Positions 37,810-51,285 are shown, counted from the stretch's first letter. The stretch is DNA of 64,000 nucleotides from Mobula hypostoma (GCF_963921235.1 NC_086122.1:24180001-24244000), one strand, 5' to 3'. A program made the numbers and translations. Notes: generated by a model from the sequence alone, not told the origin.

Positions 37810-38190
37810 TAAATCATTCAGCCCTCAGTGTCCTCTCCACCATTTAATCACAGCTGATTTATTTTCCGTCTCAACCCCATTCTCCTGCCTTATCCCCACA
37901 ACTTTTGGCACCCTAACTCATCGGGAATCTATAAAGCTCTGCTTTAAATATGCCCAACGACTTGGCCTCCACAGCCGTTGGGGTATATTTAAAACAGAGG
38001 CTGACAGGTTCCTGATTAGTTATCTGACCGTCCACAGCAATAGATTCCACAGATTCACCACTCTCTGGCTGAAGAAATTCCTCCTCATCTTCGTTCTGAA
38101 GGGACGTCCTTCTATTCAGAGGCTGTGGTCCCTGGTCCTAGACTCTCTCACTATTGGAAACATCCTCTCCGCATCCATTCTATCTAGACC
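37810..38190 (-). mobile_element. CR1 3' end with a small internal inverted segment
   Basis: attccacagattcaccactctctggctgaagaaattcc…; 37978-38020 is in the opposite orientation. Confidence 0.75.
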
Positions 38191-38599
38191 AACAAGAACT
38201 GTTAACCATCTTAAAGAGAATAGAATCTTATACGAATAACAAATTCCCATGGCTTCCTTTGGTTCAAGATATTCCGCATATGAAGGGAAAATGTAAAAGC
38301 TTAATTTTCAACAATGGGGTATGTATCTTTAAACAAGAGCAAAGACTGCTCTTTCTCCCAAGGCAAGTACATTCATTTTGTGTCATTTTGTTGCTTTAAA
38401 GTTCTAGGTTCCATCAAATTAATTCTTTCTGTCTGGCCCAGTTCACCTGCCCCAATTGTTCTGTCACATGCTGCCGTCATTTTCCCAAGAAATTAAGCCC
38501 GAACTATCCACAGCTTGCTTTTGGTTACAAATATCAAACTTTAGTTAGGCCGCACTTGGAGTTTTGCGTGCAATTCTAGTTGTCCCGGTACAGAAGAAG

Positions 38600-39440
38600 T
38601 TTACACATCTCCCCCTCCCCCATCTTCACTTTCCATAGGGATTGCTCTCTCCGTGATTCCCTTGTCCATTCATCCCTCCCCACTGATCTCCCTCCTGGCA
38701 CTTATCCCTGCAAGCATAATGTGTGCTCCCTCACCGTTCCTTCCAGGCGAGACTGTGGGAGGGTCGTCTATTGTATCGGGCGATCCTACTGTGGCCTCTG
38801 CTCCGGTGAGACCCAATGCAGATTGCAGGACCGCTTTGCTGAATACAGTACCTTCACTTTGTCCATTGCGAAAGGCAGGATCTCCCATTCCCATATCTCT
38901 GTCCACGGCCTCCTCTACTGCCAAGATGAGGTGAAACTCCGGTTGGAGGAGCAACACCTCATTCTCTCTGGAAAGCCTCCAGTCTGATGGTATAAACTTT
39001 GGTTTCTCCAACTTCCAGGAACCTCTCCCACCTCGGCCCTTCTCTTTAATATTCACCATTCTAGTTAGCCCCTCACCCTTTATTTTCTCCTCACCTGCCC
39101 ATCTCCTACCTCCGTTTCCCCTCCTCCTTCCCCTTCTTCCATGGTCCACTGTCCTTTCCTATGAGAAAGCTTCTTCTTCAGCCCTTTATCTCTTCCACCT
39201 ACCCCTTCCTAAGTTCTTATTTCATCCCCCCTCCCCCAAGCACCCACCTTCCCCCTCACCTGGTCTCACATATCACCTGCCAGCTTGTACTCCTTCCCCT
39301 CCTTCCAGCTTGTTATTCAAGCTTCTGCCCCCTTCCTTTCCGGGCCCAGATCCCGATGAAGGGTCTCGGCCCAAAACGTCAGCTGGTTACTACCCTCCGT
39401 AGATGCGACCTGACTTGCTGAGCTCCTCCAGCATTTGGTA
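38600..39440 (+). mobile_element. Penelope-like element: degenerate GIY-YIG endonuclease plus pseudo-LTR, inserted in a CR1 (38530-40278)
   Basis: RDSLVHSSLP…PGTYPCK…VVYCI…CGL..GET..RL.DRFAE…VHGLLYCQDE..LRLEEQHLI; decayed hammerhead at 39350-39385. Confidence 0.85.
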
Positions 39441-39702
39441 CGTGGAGGGCAATGCGCTACGAGGAGAGACCGGACGAATTTGGCTGGTTTCCCATGGAAC
39501 GTCAGAGGCTGAGTGGAGGACCGATAGACGTTATGAGAGGGTAAACAGTCGGGATCATTTTCCCTGTGTAGAAATGTCAGATACCAGAAGTAATGCAATA
39601 AAGGTGAGAAGCGGAAAGTTTAAAGGAGACGAGCTTTTTACACAGAGTGATAGGTGTCTGAAGCAGGCTGCTGGGGAAGTGTGGAATCAGATTCTATAAT
39701 TA

Positions 39703-40192
39703 TCAACACAAGAAAGTCTGCCGATGCTGGAAATCCAAGGCAACACGCACAAAATGCCGAAGAAACCCAGCAGGTCAGGCAGCATCCATGGAAATGAATA
39801 GATCGTCGGAGTTTCGGGCCATGACCCTTCTTCGGGACTGAGAAGGAAGGGGGAAGATGCCGGAATAAAACAAGGTGGAGGGAGGGGGGACGAGGAGGTG
39901 GCTAGCTGGAAGGTGATGGGTCAAGCCAGGTGGGTGGGAAAGGTCAAGGGCTGGAGAAGAAGAGGACAGTGGACCATAGGAGAAAGGGAAGGAGGAGGGG
40001 ACCCCGGAGGAGATGATAGGCAGGTGAGAAGAGGTAAAAGGTCAGAGGGGGAATACAGGAAGTGGGGGGGGGGGGGGTGGAATTTGTTTACCAGAAGGAA
40101 AAATCAATATTCATGCCATCAGGTTGGAAGCTACCCAGACAGAACATAAGGTGTTGCTCCTCCATCCTGAGGGTGGCCTCATCTTGGCACAA
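39703..40192 (-). mobile_element. Penelope-like element 3' end
   Basis: Minus-strand QDEATLRMEEQHLMFCLGSFQPDGMNIDF; decayed hammerhead at ~39803-39840. Confidence 0.82.
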
Positions 40193-41194
40193 GATCTGGT
40201 TGGAGGCTATCTATTCATGCCATGGTACTTACGAGGCCAATAGACAGACACATGAGTATCCAAGGAATAGAGGGATCATCAGCAAGATGGCACTGAGCTG
40301 AGAGCTTCTTTGAGGGTATGGCTCTGTTTTACTTGGTTTTTTGATATTTCCTTCAGGTATGTGGGGATAGTTTTGGGGAGGAAGATGAATCAGGGGTCAA
40401 GTAGGGTTTAGGGATAGGGATGTGGGGGAGGTGGAGGACAGCCCAGAGTCTTTGGGGTCCACTTGGCGTTCAAAGGCCAATGACGCAGACATGGCATATC
40501 GGTGGGCCGGACTGGGATGTCTGGTCAGACCAGCATGGATGAAGACTTGTGTACCCCGGGTCAGCAAGTTGCCAGTGTGTTCCAGAGTCAGAGTTCTGTG
40601 TAGGCGGGAGGAACGAGGTCCAAAATCTTCCCTGGCTTCGTGAAACTCAGGGAGTTCAAGGCCTGGTGTTTGGAGCATCATCATCAGCAAGTCCGGAGTC
40701 CAAGGTGTTTGGGATCGGTGGGTCCTGGGGTCAACACCAAGGATCGAGGCCTGGTGATCAAATCAGAAGTCCAGAAGTTGAGGCCCATTTGCTTGAGGCC
40801 CAGGTCTGCAAAACTCTGTGAGCCCACCGGGATCAAAGGCCCAATGCTCATGTGTCCAAGTCTAAATCCAAATCCGCTGGAGGCTACGGGAGATGGCTTG
40901 TCTTGAGGTTAGAGGATCAAGTATGTATGAGAGTCCTAACATGGAAAAGGGCCTTTTGGCCTAACTGATCCATGCCAATCAGGATCCACGATTGTCCCAT
41001 TTGCCTGCATTTGGCCCCATGACCTTCTGATCGTTCCTCTGTGTACCAATCCAACTGCCTTTTGAATGTTGTTATTCCACTTCCTCTAGCAGCTTATTAT
41101 ACATACTGATATCTATGTAAAAAAAAGTTGCCCCTCAACTTTCTATTAAATCTTTCCCCTTTTACCTTAAACCAGAAAAATCCAGTTATTTATC

Positions 41195-41590
41195 TATGGG
41201 GCCCTAGCTGCCCCAGCATCCAGGACACCTTCGCAAGGCAGTGCCTCAAAAAGGCAGCATCCATCGTTAAGGACCCCCATCACCCACGGCATGCTCTCTT
41301 CTCATTGCTACTATCAAGGAAGAGGTACAGGAGGCTAAACATACAAACAGAATGTTTCAGGAACAGCTAATTCCCCTCCACCATCATAATAAATTTCACG
41401 ACATATGCCAATGATATTAAAGCTGATTCTGATTTCTGAATGGACAATGAACTCCTCAACGCTACCTCACTATTTTTTCTCTCTTTTGCACTGCATATTT
41501 AATGTAAAATTATTTATCTATATATAAACACACAACAATTCCATGGCATAAACCAGCGATATTAAAGCTGATTCGGATTCTGATATTATA
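41195..41590 (+). mobile_element. Rex1/Babar 3' fragment (after a CR1 minus-strand fragment at 40935-41170)
   Basis: PSIQDTFARQCLKKAASIVKDPHHPRHALFSLLLSRKRYR. Confidence 0.8.
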
Positions 41591-42388
41591 ACCCTGTGAG
41601 ATCTGCTCTTTAACTCCCGATACCTGATGGACCCAAAGTGAGTGGATCCTTTTCTTCCACTTCTAATATCCCTCCAAGGTATTTTCACGTCTCTCACCTT
41701 AGCCCCAGTGGGGCTGTCAATACTGCTGAGCACTGACTATTGAAGCCTTTACAAATTCCGAGTTTTGCTTCCTCACCTCTTCTCCCTCCGAACAGCCTGC
41801 AGTCCTCCTGGCATCATGTTTTATCCACAGAAAATAAACAAACTACTGGAGAACCCTGGCGGGTCGAGCAGCATCTGGGAAGAAACTGGGTTCCTCTCGG
41901 AAATTAACCCCAGATTCCAGCAACTGCAGACTCTTGCACCTCAGTTGTATCTACACTCTCACTAATGTCAGGTATGTAGCACCTAGTCCAAAAGATCCAT
42001 TTTCAAAATGTCCTCATAATCTGCTCCTGCTGGATTGCAATACTCTCTCCATTACAGGTCACCCCAAGCCCACTCTGATCCTGCACCTCTGTATGATGCA
42101 TGTCCACAATTTGAAGCAGGTTAGTAGATTTTCCTCCCTCATCCATTTAACCCCGAGGGACTCCAACTGGTACACTGGCTCAGTGACAGGGAATGCAACA
42201 TGCAACATCTCCTGTCAACTGTTTCGCCAACAGCAGTAATGTTGACTTCAAACTTACAAATTCTCCAGCACAAACAGAAAAAACTGCTCCTTTATAACTA
42301 AAATATTTATAGTTAAAATTAACTTGTAGATTCATTTTAGTTTTAAGGTTGTTGGACTGCTTACCTGACAACACACACAAAAACAAAA

Positions 42389-42912
42389 GTGGTAACCGGA
42401 ATCTCCGGAGCAGAAGGCCCCGAATCCTCGGCTTTGCGTGTTTCAGCGGCCGGGGCGAGGTCGAAGGCGCTGGGCAGAGGATGGCGCTCGGGAGGCTGTA
42501 TCGAAGAGGCTGGTCGGAAGCTTGAAGTTTTCGGACGGACGGACTCAGTGTCGGCTGTGGTCGGCTGCTTCCAAGGCATCGGCAAGTTGACGGGGCCTGG
42601 AGGTTTATGGCAGGGAGTTTCTCCCTCTTGCCACCTGCTATCAGGGACTCGGGAACCGATCGACGCGGGGACTTTGAGACTTTTTTTTTACCATGCCCAT
42701 GGTTTGTTCTTTATCAAATTATGGTATTGCTTTGCACTGCTGTAACTATATGTTATAATTATGTGGTTCTGTCAGTATTAGTCTTTGGTTTGTCCTGTTT
42801 TCTGTGATATCACTCCGGAGAAACATTGTATCATTTCTTAATGCGCGTATGCATTTCTAAATGACAGTAAAAGAGGGACTGAGTGTTCTCATAATCTAAT
42901 CTAAATCTAATC
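42389..42912 (+). mobile_element. Family X retroposon, 5'-truncated
   Basis: Colinear with 55499-56133; (aatct)n tail. Confidence 0.78.
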
Positions 42913-43019
42913 ACTAAAATAAAACTAAAATAAGTATTATTTACATCAATCACCAAAATAACTAGATTTACTAATTAAAGAATTTCAGGATGTATATTGT
43001 ATACATTTCTCTGACATTA

Positions 43020-43323
43020 TAGGCATCCGTTAGTCTCATGAGACCATGGATTTGCGCCTTGGAAGGTTTCCAGGGCGCAGGCCTGGGCAAGGTTGTAGGG
43101 AAGACCAGCAGTTGCCCATGCTGCAAGTCTCCCCTCTCCACGACACCGATGTTGTCCAAGGGAAGGGCACTAGGACCCATACAGCTTGGCACCGGTGTCG
43201 TCGCAGAGCAATGTGTGGTTAAGTGCCTTGCTCAAGGACACAACACGTTGCCTCAGCTGAGGCTCGAACTAGCGACCTTCAGATCACTAGACTGACACCT
43301 TAACCACCTGGCCACGCGCCAAC
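43020..43323 (-). mobile_element. tRNA-headed SINE family A, second copy
   Basis: Colinear with 20271-20581; TSD acatta. Confidence 0.88.
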
Positions 43324-43579
43324 ACATTAAAAGTACCTATTGAAACCAACAACTGTATTGCTCTGGGGTAAACCCACACGATCACGGGAAGGACGTTGAA
43401 ACTCCCTACAGATGGCGGTGGGAATTGACACACAATCAGAGATCGCTGGCACTGTGAAGTGCTGCTCTAACCATTTCACTGACATGTGTCTACAGTCGCT
43501 CCTCGTGGCTTGCTCGGCCTTTAAAATGAACAACCACCTACAACTGAAGATCAATCCGGGCCCCAGCTTATTGATGCAA

Positions 43580-44127
43580 TTACAATGAAGGCATGGCAGC
43601 AGCTGTTTAGTTAGGAGGTTGAGGAGACTTGCTTTGTCACAAAGACGCTCGCAAATTTCTACAGGTGTACTTTGCAGGGCATTCTAACTGGTTGCATCAC
43701 CGTCTGGTATGGAGGGGCCACTGCATGGGATCACAAAATTCTGCAGAAAGTTGCAACCTCAGCCAGCTCCATCCCAGGCACTTGCCTCCCCAGCATGGAG
43801 GAAACCTTCAAAAGGGGATGCCTCAAAAAGCTGGCATCTGTTATTAGGGGCCCCCAGCACCCAAGACATGCCATCAAGGAGGAGGTACAGGAGCTAGAAG
43901 ACACACACTTAATGTTTCAGGAGCAGCTTCTTCCCCTCTGCCATTTCTGGACGGACAATGAACCCATGAACACTCCCTCACCATTTTTGTTTTCTTTTTG
44001 CACTACTTATGTAATTTAACATTTTATACGGATTTCTTATTATACTTTATAATTTTTTTATTATGTGTTGCAACGTACAGCTGCTGCAATATATACCAGT
44101 GATATTAAACTTGATTCTGATTCTGAA
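43580..44127 (+). mobile_element. Rex1/Babar 3' fragment
   Basis: ILTGCITVWYGG…LQKV…LPSMEETFKRGCLKK; tail ttaaacttgattctgattctga. Confidence 0.82.
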
Positions 44128-44754
44128 ACACATTACCACAGATCTGAGAACTGCCAGAGCAAACAATAATACCAAATGTTTTCCCCAAGTGACAATGATG
44201 AACTGGATGGGTTTTATTTCCATGGTCAGCTTCACTGATCCCATTCTTTTTAAAATCTTGACATTTATTTAGGAACTGAATTTGAAATCCCCGACTGCTC
44301 TAGTAAGCATAAGATTGTTGATCAGGAGTGGCTTGAAGGTACGTTCTGTGGAAAGGTCCTGACCCGAAACCTTAACTGGTTTCTCTTGCCACAGATACTG
44401 CTTGATTGGCTGAGTTCTTCCAGCATTTCTGGGTTTTAGAGAAATATAGCACTGAACAAGACCCTTCAGCCCATTGAGTCGATGCTGACTACACCAACTG
44501 ATTGTCTCTGCTCAAGGTACCTAGCACTACTGATATCCAGCCTTTCAAAGGGGTGCAGTAGATAATACATTGGCAACAGTACAAGAGCCAAGGCACTTCA
44601 TGGGATCCCCTCTGTCGATAGGCATTAGTGGAGTGGTTAACAAATAAAATGAGACACAATGCTAAATTAAAAGCCAGCACAAAATCAATATTCCAACTAA
44701 ATTCGTGATTCAAACCTTGCCAAATTATATATTAACATAAATAAATTACATTTT

Positions 44755-45270
44755 ATGTTTGGAAGCAACATCTCCATCTGGTATGGGAGCAACAGAGCAA
44801 TGGACTGGAAGCCCCTACAAAACACTGTGAGAATGGCCAAGAGGATCATAGGGGTCTCACTACCATCCATCGGGGACATTTATCAGGAGCGCGACATACT
44901 CAGGACCCTTGGTATAATCGAGAATCCCGCCTATCCATCCAGTATCCTCCTTGACTTTCCACCATCAGGCAGGAGACGCCAATGCGTAAAATCAAAACCG
45001 CTTAGGATGGGAAACAGTTTCTTCCCTCAGACCATTCGGCTTCTGAACTCCCTGCCGCATCACATTCGAAGTGTCACTGGATAATTTGATCTGTACCCTA
45101 CAATATTTAATTTATGCTCTTTACTTTGTTTATCTTTGTGCAATTAGTTTGTCGATTTAGTTCTCATGTTCCTAAGTTATTGTGTATTATATATGTACCA
45201 CTGTGCTTTACGCCCTGATCCGGAGACATGTTGCCTCATTTGGTGGTATACATGTATATTGTTAAATGAC
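44755..45270 (+). mobile_element. Rex1/Babar 3' fragment
   Basis: ISIWYGS…LQNTVRMAKRIIGVSLPSI…PSGRR…NSFFPQTIRLLN. Confidence 0.85.
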
Positions 45271-45534
45271 AGAAGTGCTAGAGAAGAGGAAAGACATCTG
45301 GTGCACACTAGGAAAAGGATATTGTTACCGATCTTGATTTGGGGTCAAGACAATTTAGATCTACAAAAATCCAGTTCCTTTTTCAGCTGGATGATCCCAG
45401 GTCAGAATTTGTCCCTGGGTTCTGGATGTCAGAAGGTCATGGGTTACGAATGCTTACTACTGACTTCTCAGGTAAGTGTGGCTAGCCCAAGTGCATATCC
45501 ACGTCAGACCACATGCTCTTCAGCCAGGCTTAGT

Positions 45535-46105
45535 CTCGTGAAACACACACAAAATGCTGGAAGAACTCAGCAGGTCAGGCAACATCTACGGAAAGGAGTA
45601 AACAGTCGACGTTTCAGGCCGAGACTCCATGAGTCGTGATGAAAGGTCTCGGCCTGAGACGTTGACTGTTTGTTCTTTTCCATAGCAACACTCGCAGAAT
45701 GCTGGAGGAACTCAGCAGGCCAGACAGCAATCTATGGAAAAGACTACAGCTGATGCTTCAGGCCGAGACCCTTCAGCAGGACTGGAGAAAAAAAAGATGA
45801 CGATTCAGAGTTAGAAGGTGGGAGGGGATGAGGAAGAAACACAAGGTGATAGGTGAAACTGGGAGAGGGGAGGGGTGAAGTAAAGAGCTGGGAAGTTGAT
45901 TGGTGAAAGAGATACAGGGCTGGAGTAGCGGGATCTAATAGGAGAGGACAGAAGGCCACGGAAGAAAGAAAAATTGGGAGAAGCACCAGAGGGAGGTGAT
46001 GGGCAGGCAAGGAGATAATGCTGCCTGACCTGTGGTGAACCTCCAGCATTGTGTGTGTGTGTGTGTTGCTTTGGATTTCCAGCATCTGCAGATTTTCTCC
46101 TTTTT
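45535..46105. mobile_element. Cluster of Penelope pseudo-LTRs in alternating orientation, three decayed hammerheads
   Basis: Hairpin 45601-45670 made of two opposed hammerhead remnants; third remnant at 45746-45785 (-). Confidence 0.8.
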
Positions 46106-47089
46106 GTTAGTCCAGTGAAGAAAGGTTCTGGTTGTAAAGTGCCCAGGGATTTCCCCCAGGTGCTCTGGTTTCCCACCACAGGGACTGGACCAATGTCTGA
46201 TGTTAAGCGGGGAGATGGGATTGATGGGAATGCTTTGAAAACTGGTATAAACTCAATGGGCCAAATGGCCTTCCTTGAAAGCAAATATGAGTAGTGCAAG
46301 GTCTTCAAATGTGGCCTCTCCACCATGAATATGCTGGTTCATTAGTACTCCTGCAGAATCAATAATATGGCTGTGCCTGATGACCAATATCTTATCTTAC
46401 AGTGGAAGATGTGGTAAACGTTCAGGCTCACCCCTACTAATCTCAGCCTACAGCTCAGCAACCTCCGACCATGTCACCCCTACTCGGGGCCCCACTACTC
46501 AAGTGGGCTTGCAGGGTCTCTGAGCCTCGGAGCAGTCTACCCTCCGATAGATCATTTGGGTGACTGAAGGAAGCTCGCAGTGAGTCGAAGTTGCCTGAGG
46601 GCACGTCGTGCTGCGAAGCTGAGCCTGGCTGGTCTAGAGATGCTTGGGATGTTTCTGCAGTCTCCTCCACTGACAGCCGCCATCCTTCTACCAGCCATGA
46701 TGGGGCCATGACATTAGAGTCGCTTAAAGCAAATGGAAGACAGGCACCTAGAGGATGCATAAGGATGATTAATTGATATTAATATATAATTTTCCCTGGT
46801 TCAAGCCATAAATTTAGTTGGAATATTGATTTTGTGCTGTCTTTTAATTTAGCACTGTGCCTCATCTACATTCTTGAAACCTTACAGTGTCTCTTCTTCC
46901 TTCTCTGCTCCCCAGCGTTTGGCTGGTGACAAGGGCCGGGCCCTGACGGTTCTGTGGTTGTGCAGCACACGGCAGACATTCGCCCTCCAAGCACTTCAGG
47001 GCTCCAACAGGGCCGTCCAGATCAAAGCTAGTTGTCTGAGCACGTCGGTCACCTGCACGTTTAGGAGACATGTGACTGGATAATGTTTG

Positions 47090-47790
47090 TCATAAACGCA
47101 AGGAAGTCTGCGGATGCTGGAAATCCAAAGCAACACACACAAAGTGCTGGAGGAACGCAGCAGATCAGGCAGCATCTGTGGAAACGCATGAACAGTCGAC
47201 GCTTCGGGCCGAGAACCTTCATCGGGCCTGAGAAGGAAGGGAGAAGATGCCAGAACGAAAAGGTGGGGGGGAGGAGCAAGAGGCTAGCTGGAAGGAGATA
47301 GGTGAAGCCAGGTGGGCGGGAAAGGTAAAGGGCTGGAGAAGAAAGCAGCTGATAGGAGAGGAGAGTGGACCAGAGGAGAAAGGGAAGGAGGAGGGGATAC
47401 TGGGGGAAGTGATAGGCAGGTGAGAAGAGATGAAAGGTTAGTGGGGAAAAGAGGAAAATTGGATGGGGGAAGGGAAATTTTTCCTACTGGAAGGCGAAAT
47501 CGATATTTATTCCACCAGGTTGGAGGCCAAGCAGACAGAATATAAATGGTTAGTCCTCCACCCTGAGGGTGGCGTCATCATAGTATAACAGGAGGTCATA
47601 GGCTGACATGTCAGGGGGGAATGGGAGTCAGAATTAACATGTCTGGCCACCAGGAAATTCTGCTTGTGGCAGATGGAGCAAATGTGTCCAACGAGGTGGT
47701 CCTCCAATTTACAACGGGACTCACCAATGAGCAGGAGGCCTCATCAGGAGCACCAGATATCGTAAACACCACCAGCAGATTCATCATATG
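47090..47790 (-). mobile_element. Penelope-like element 3' portion
   Basis: Minus-strand GIY-YIG C-terminus (LVARHVNSDSHS…); decayed hammerhead at 47192-47230. Confidence 0.82.
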
Positions 47791-47807
47791 GACACCTACA
47801 TTCTCAT

Positions 47808-48225
47808 TACAACATAGAAAGAAACAGCAGGCCATTCAGCCCAAGATGTTGTGCCAACCTTTTAACCTACTAAGAAGGATCAATCTAACCCTTCCCTCCT
47901 ACATAGCCCTCCACTTTTCTTTCATCCATGTGTTAATCTAAGAGTTTCTTAAATGTCCCTGATATATCTGCTTCTACCACCACCACTATCAGCGTATTCC
48001 ACTCTCTGTGCTCAAAAACCTACCTCTGACATCCCCCCTCTACTTCCTTCCAATCACCTTATAATTCTTCCCCCTCACGTTAGCCATTTCCGCCCTGGGA
48101 AGAAGTCTCCAGCTGTCTGCCCAGTCTATGCCTCTTGTACACCTCTAGCAAGTCATCTCTCATCCTCCCTCGCTCCAGAAAGAAAAGCCCCAGCTTGCTC
48201 AACCTACCTTCATAAGACACGCTTT
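47808..48225 (-). mobile_element. CR1 3' end (another copy at 48965-49240)
   Basis: aacatagaaa…caggccattcagccc tail; cccagcttgctcaacct..cttcataaga. Confidence 0.75.
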
Positions 48226-50099
48226 CTGATGATTAAAAAAAAAATCCATACCCTTGCTAGCTGGAAGCATAAAGTGGGAGTTTTACATTAACGATTTCAA
48301 TCTTTAGTGATGCAGATTTCCCACTGTTTAGAGTAACAAAGAGAAGGTCCTATCCTAGTAAAGGTAGCTATGGATCTGTTTGCACACTGAAGCAGGATCT
48401 CTCCTGCTTGGGGAGCACACACTCATCAGGATCATTCAGGGCACTGCAGCAGGGAGGTGACCTATAGTCAGTGTAAAATATTAATGAGGCAGCTGAATTT
48501 TAATTTTAGTTAGATTCTTCTGACTTCAGGCTGTTAACTTTTTTTTCTAACTTGACTGGGCTAACAGTTCGGCTCAGGGGTAAAAATAAAGAAAAGTTGG
48601 GGGGGGGCGGAATTCCCAGTTCTCAATGGCAGCGATGATAGATGGTGAGTGTAGCTGTCCCCTTAAGAATAGCCCGAACATTAATGATAACTCATTCTGG
48701 CTGATGTACGGTCAGCTCTACATATTGTCTGGAGTCGCACAGGCACACATAGAAGCATGCGTACAGACAAACGGATAGACGCATGTGAAGGTACATACAC
48801 TTATGGAGGCACACACACAAACACAGATATTTGTATATTTTTATATATGCACACAGAGGCACAAACACACTTGTACACACCACTGGTAGAATCTTTCACA
48901 TTTATCCACAGCCTTCCTTCTTCACCTTCAACTCCAGTTTTTCCTCCCATCTATACGATCCCTTAGAGTCATAAAAAAGTACAGCCCAGAAGCAGGCCTT
49001 TTGGCCCATCTAATCCATGCTGAAACCATTTAAACTGCCTACTCCCATCGCCCTCCATATCCCTACTATCCATGTACTCTGCTTAAAGGTTGAAATTGAA
49101 CTTGCATGCACCACTTGTGCTGGCAGCTCGATCTACACTCTCACGACTCTCTGAGTGAAAAGGTTTTCCTTCATGTTCTCCTTAAACTGGTCACCTTACA
49201 CCCTTAACCCATGACCCCAGTTGTAGACCCTCCCAACCCTTCTTGCCCCTTTCCTTTGTCCAATGTCCCACTCTCGCTTTCCAAGCACACATTCTACCAG
49301 ATCTCCTACTTCTTCCTATGCACACCTCCTCCCCTCCCCAGTTCTCCTCCCTTGTTTCAGCCACCATCCAAGTTAGAAACCCCTAAACCCCTAACAACCA
49401 CCATTTGTGTGCTTCATGGCATCATGGGACTAACTCCGACCATCCTCCCATAGCAGTGCGAAAGGGTGAAGGGATTTCTTTGCCAGTGGATGTGGATATG
49501 GTGAGCTCATTCTCCTCACTCTGCCACCGCAGTCCTGCTTGGGCCTGTACTGAAACCCTTCAGATTATTTCCAAGTCTCAGGGAACCTGACAGCAGCACA
49601 TCCAGCCCAAAGTGCAGGAAACACTGGCACCTGCGTTGTCAGAGGCTGTATAAAAGGCCTTCAAAATCAACAGCTGGAAGAGCTTAAATACTGCCAATTT
49701 ACACTATATTCTACGTAAAGTATGAGTGAGGGACTGCTTTTGTGCACATACTTCCTTCACATTAAAGCCTCCGACGTAGCACAAGAAATCAGCTCAATCC
49801 CCCACTGCTGATAGAACTGATGACATTGTTAATGTCTTCCTAAAGCCATAATCCACCTCCCCTTTAAGAAGTATTGCCAGACTTTAATTAGTAGGGTACC
49901 TTAAGTGGCCCCAGTGATAATGCACAGCTAGTCAACAGTGTGCTCACTTCCCGAGTAAATGGGGATAGTGTGGTCACACCCAGCAATCTCAGCAACTGTT
50001 ATCCTTATGTAAGGTGGTAACGGAATTGCTCTGGATAAGTGCCTGAAGGACCACCTTCTGTATCACTGTAAGAAAATATTGTTCCTTGCCATTTTACTT

Positions 50100-50745
50100 T
50101 GACAAACTTCTATAGATGTGTGTTGGAGGGCATATTAACTGGCCCCATCACAGCCTGGTACGGAAACACCAGTGCCCTTGAACGGAAAATCCCATAAATG
50201 AGGTAATGGATACGGGCCAGTCCGTCACAAGTAAAGCCCTCCCCACCAGTGAGCACATCTACACAAAACACTGTCTCAGGAAAGCTGCATCCATCATCAG
50301 GGACCCCCACCACCCAGGGCATGCTCTCTTCTCGCTGTTACCATCAGGAAGAAGGGACACGAGCTTCAGGACTCACACCACCAGGTTGAGGAGCAGTTAT
50401 TACCCCTCAACCATCAGGCTCTTGAACCAAAGGGGACAACTTCACTCAACTTCACTCACCCCTTCACTGAAATGTTCCCACAACCTATAGACTCACTCAC
50501 TTTCAAGGACTCTTCATCTCATGTTCCCAATATTCATTGCTTTTTATTTATTATTATTATTTCTTTTGTTTTGGATTTGCACAGTTCGTTGTCTCTTGCT
50601 CACTGGTTTAGCATGCAAATTGGTGCATATTTCATTGATTCCAATATGGTTATTAATTTATGGATTTATTGAGTATGCCCTGCAAGAAAATGAAGCTCAG
50701 GGCTGTATATGGTGACTTTGATAATAAATTTACTTTGAACTTTAT
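50100..50745 (+). mobile_element. Rex1/Babar 3' fragment
   Basis: KALPTSEHIYTKHCLRKAASIIRDPHHPGHALFSLLPSGRR…SYYPSTIRLLN; tail gataataaatttactttgaacttt. Confidence 0.9.
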
Positions 50746-51285
50746 TTACATCTTTTGGTAATTGAAGTAACCTCCCAGATTACTGTAACGCGCTAAAAAT
50801 AATTTGTGAAGCAATGGAGAATAAAAATTGGACTTCTCCTACTGTTCAAAGAGCGCTGGAAGCAAAGCTAGAAGACAGGTAAGGCTCTCTGTGTGCTGCC
50901 AATGCTAATTTATCGATCGTGATGTGACATTATTCAGAGAGTCGAGAGTGTGTACCATCTCTGCCAAATTGCCAAGACCACTGACAGTATCCTGAAACGC
51001 TTATAATGGGAGTCAAATTCCTGAGAATTGACATCTATCAGTACCCGTAATCTAGCACAAGGCTTTCATAGTCTTCAAGGTGATAGGAAATAGAGTGTAT
51101 TTGTAATAAAATCGTATTCAGTCTCCCTCTCAAAGCTTATAGCCTGAGGATGAATAATGCTCTCAGTTTCTGTCATAGATCAGGAGCTACAATAAGTGCT
51201 AATGTTACTTCTTTTCAGTACCTTATTATTTGAATATACTAGGTATTATAATTTTTTTTTAAATTAACACCTGAGACCTAATCTA

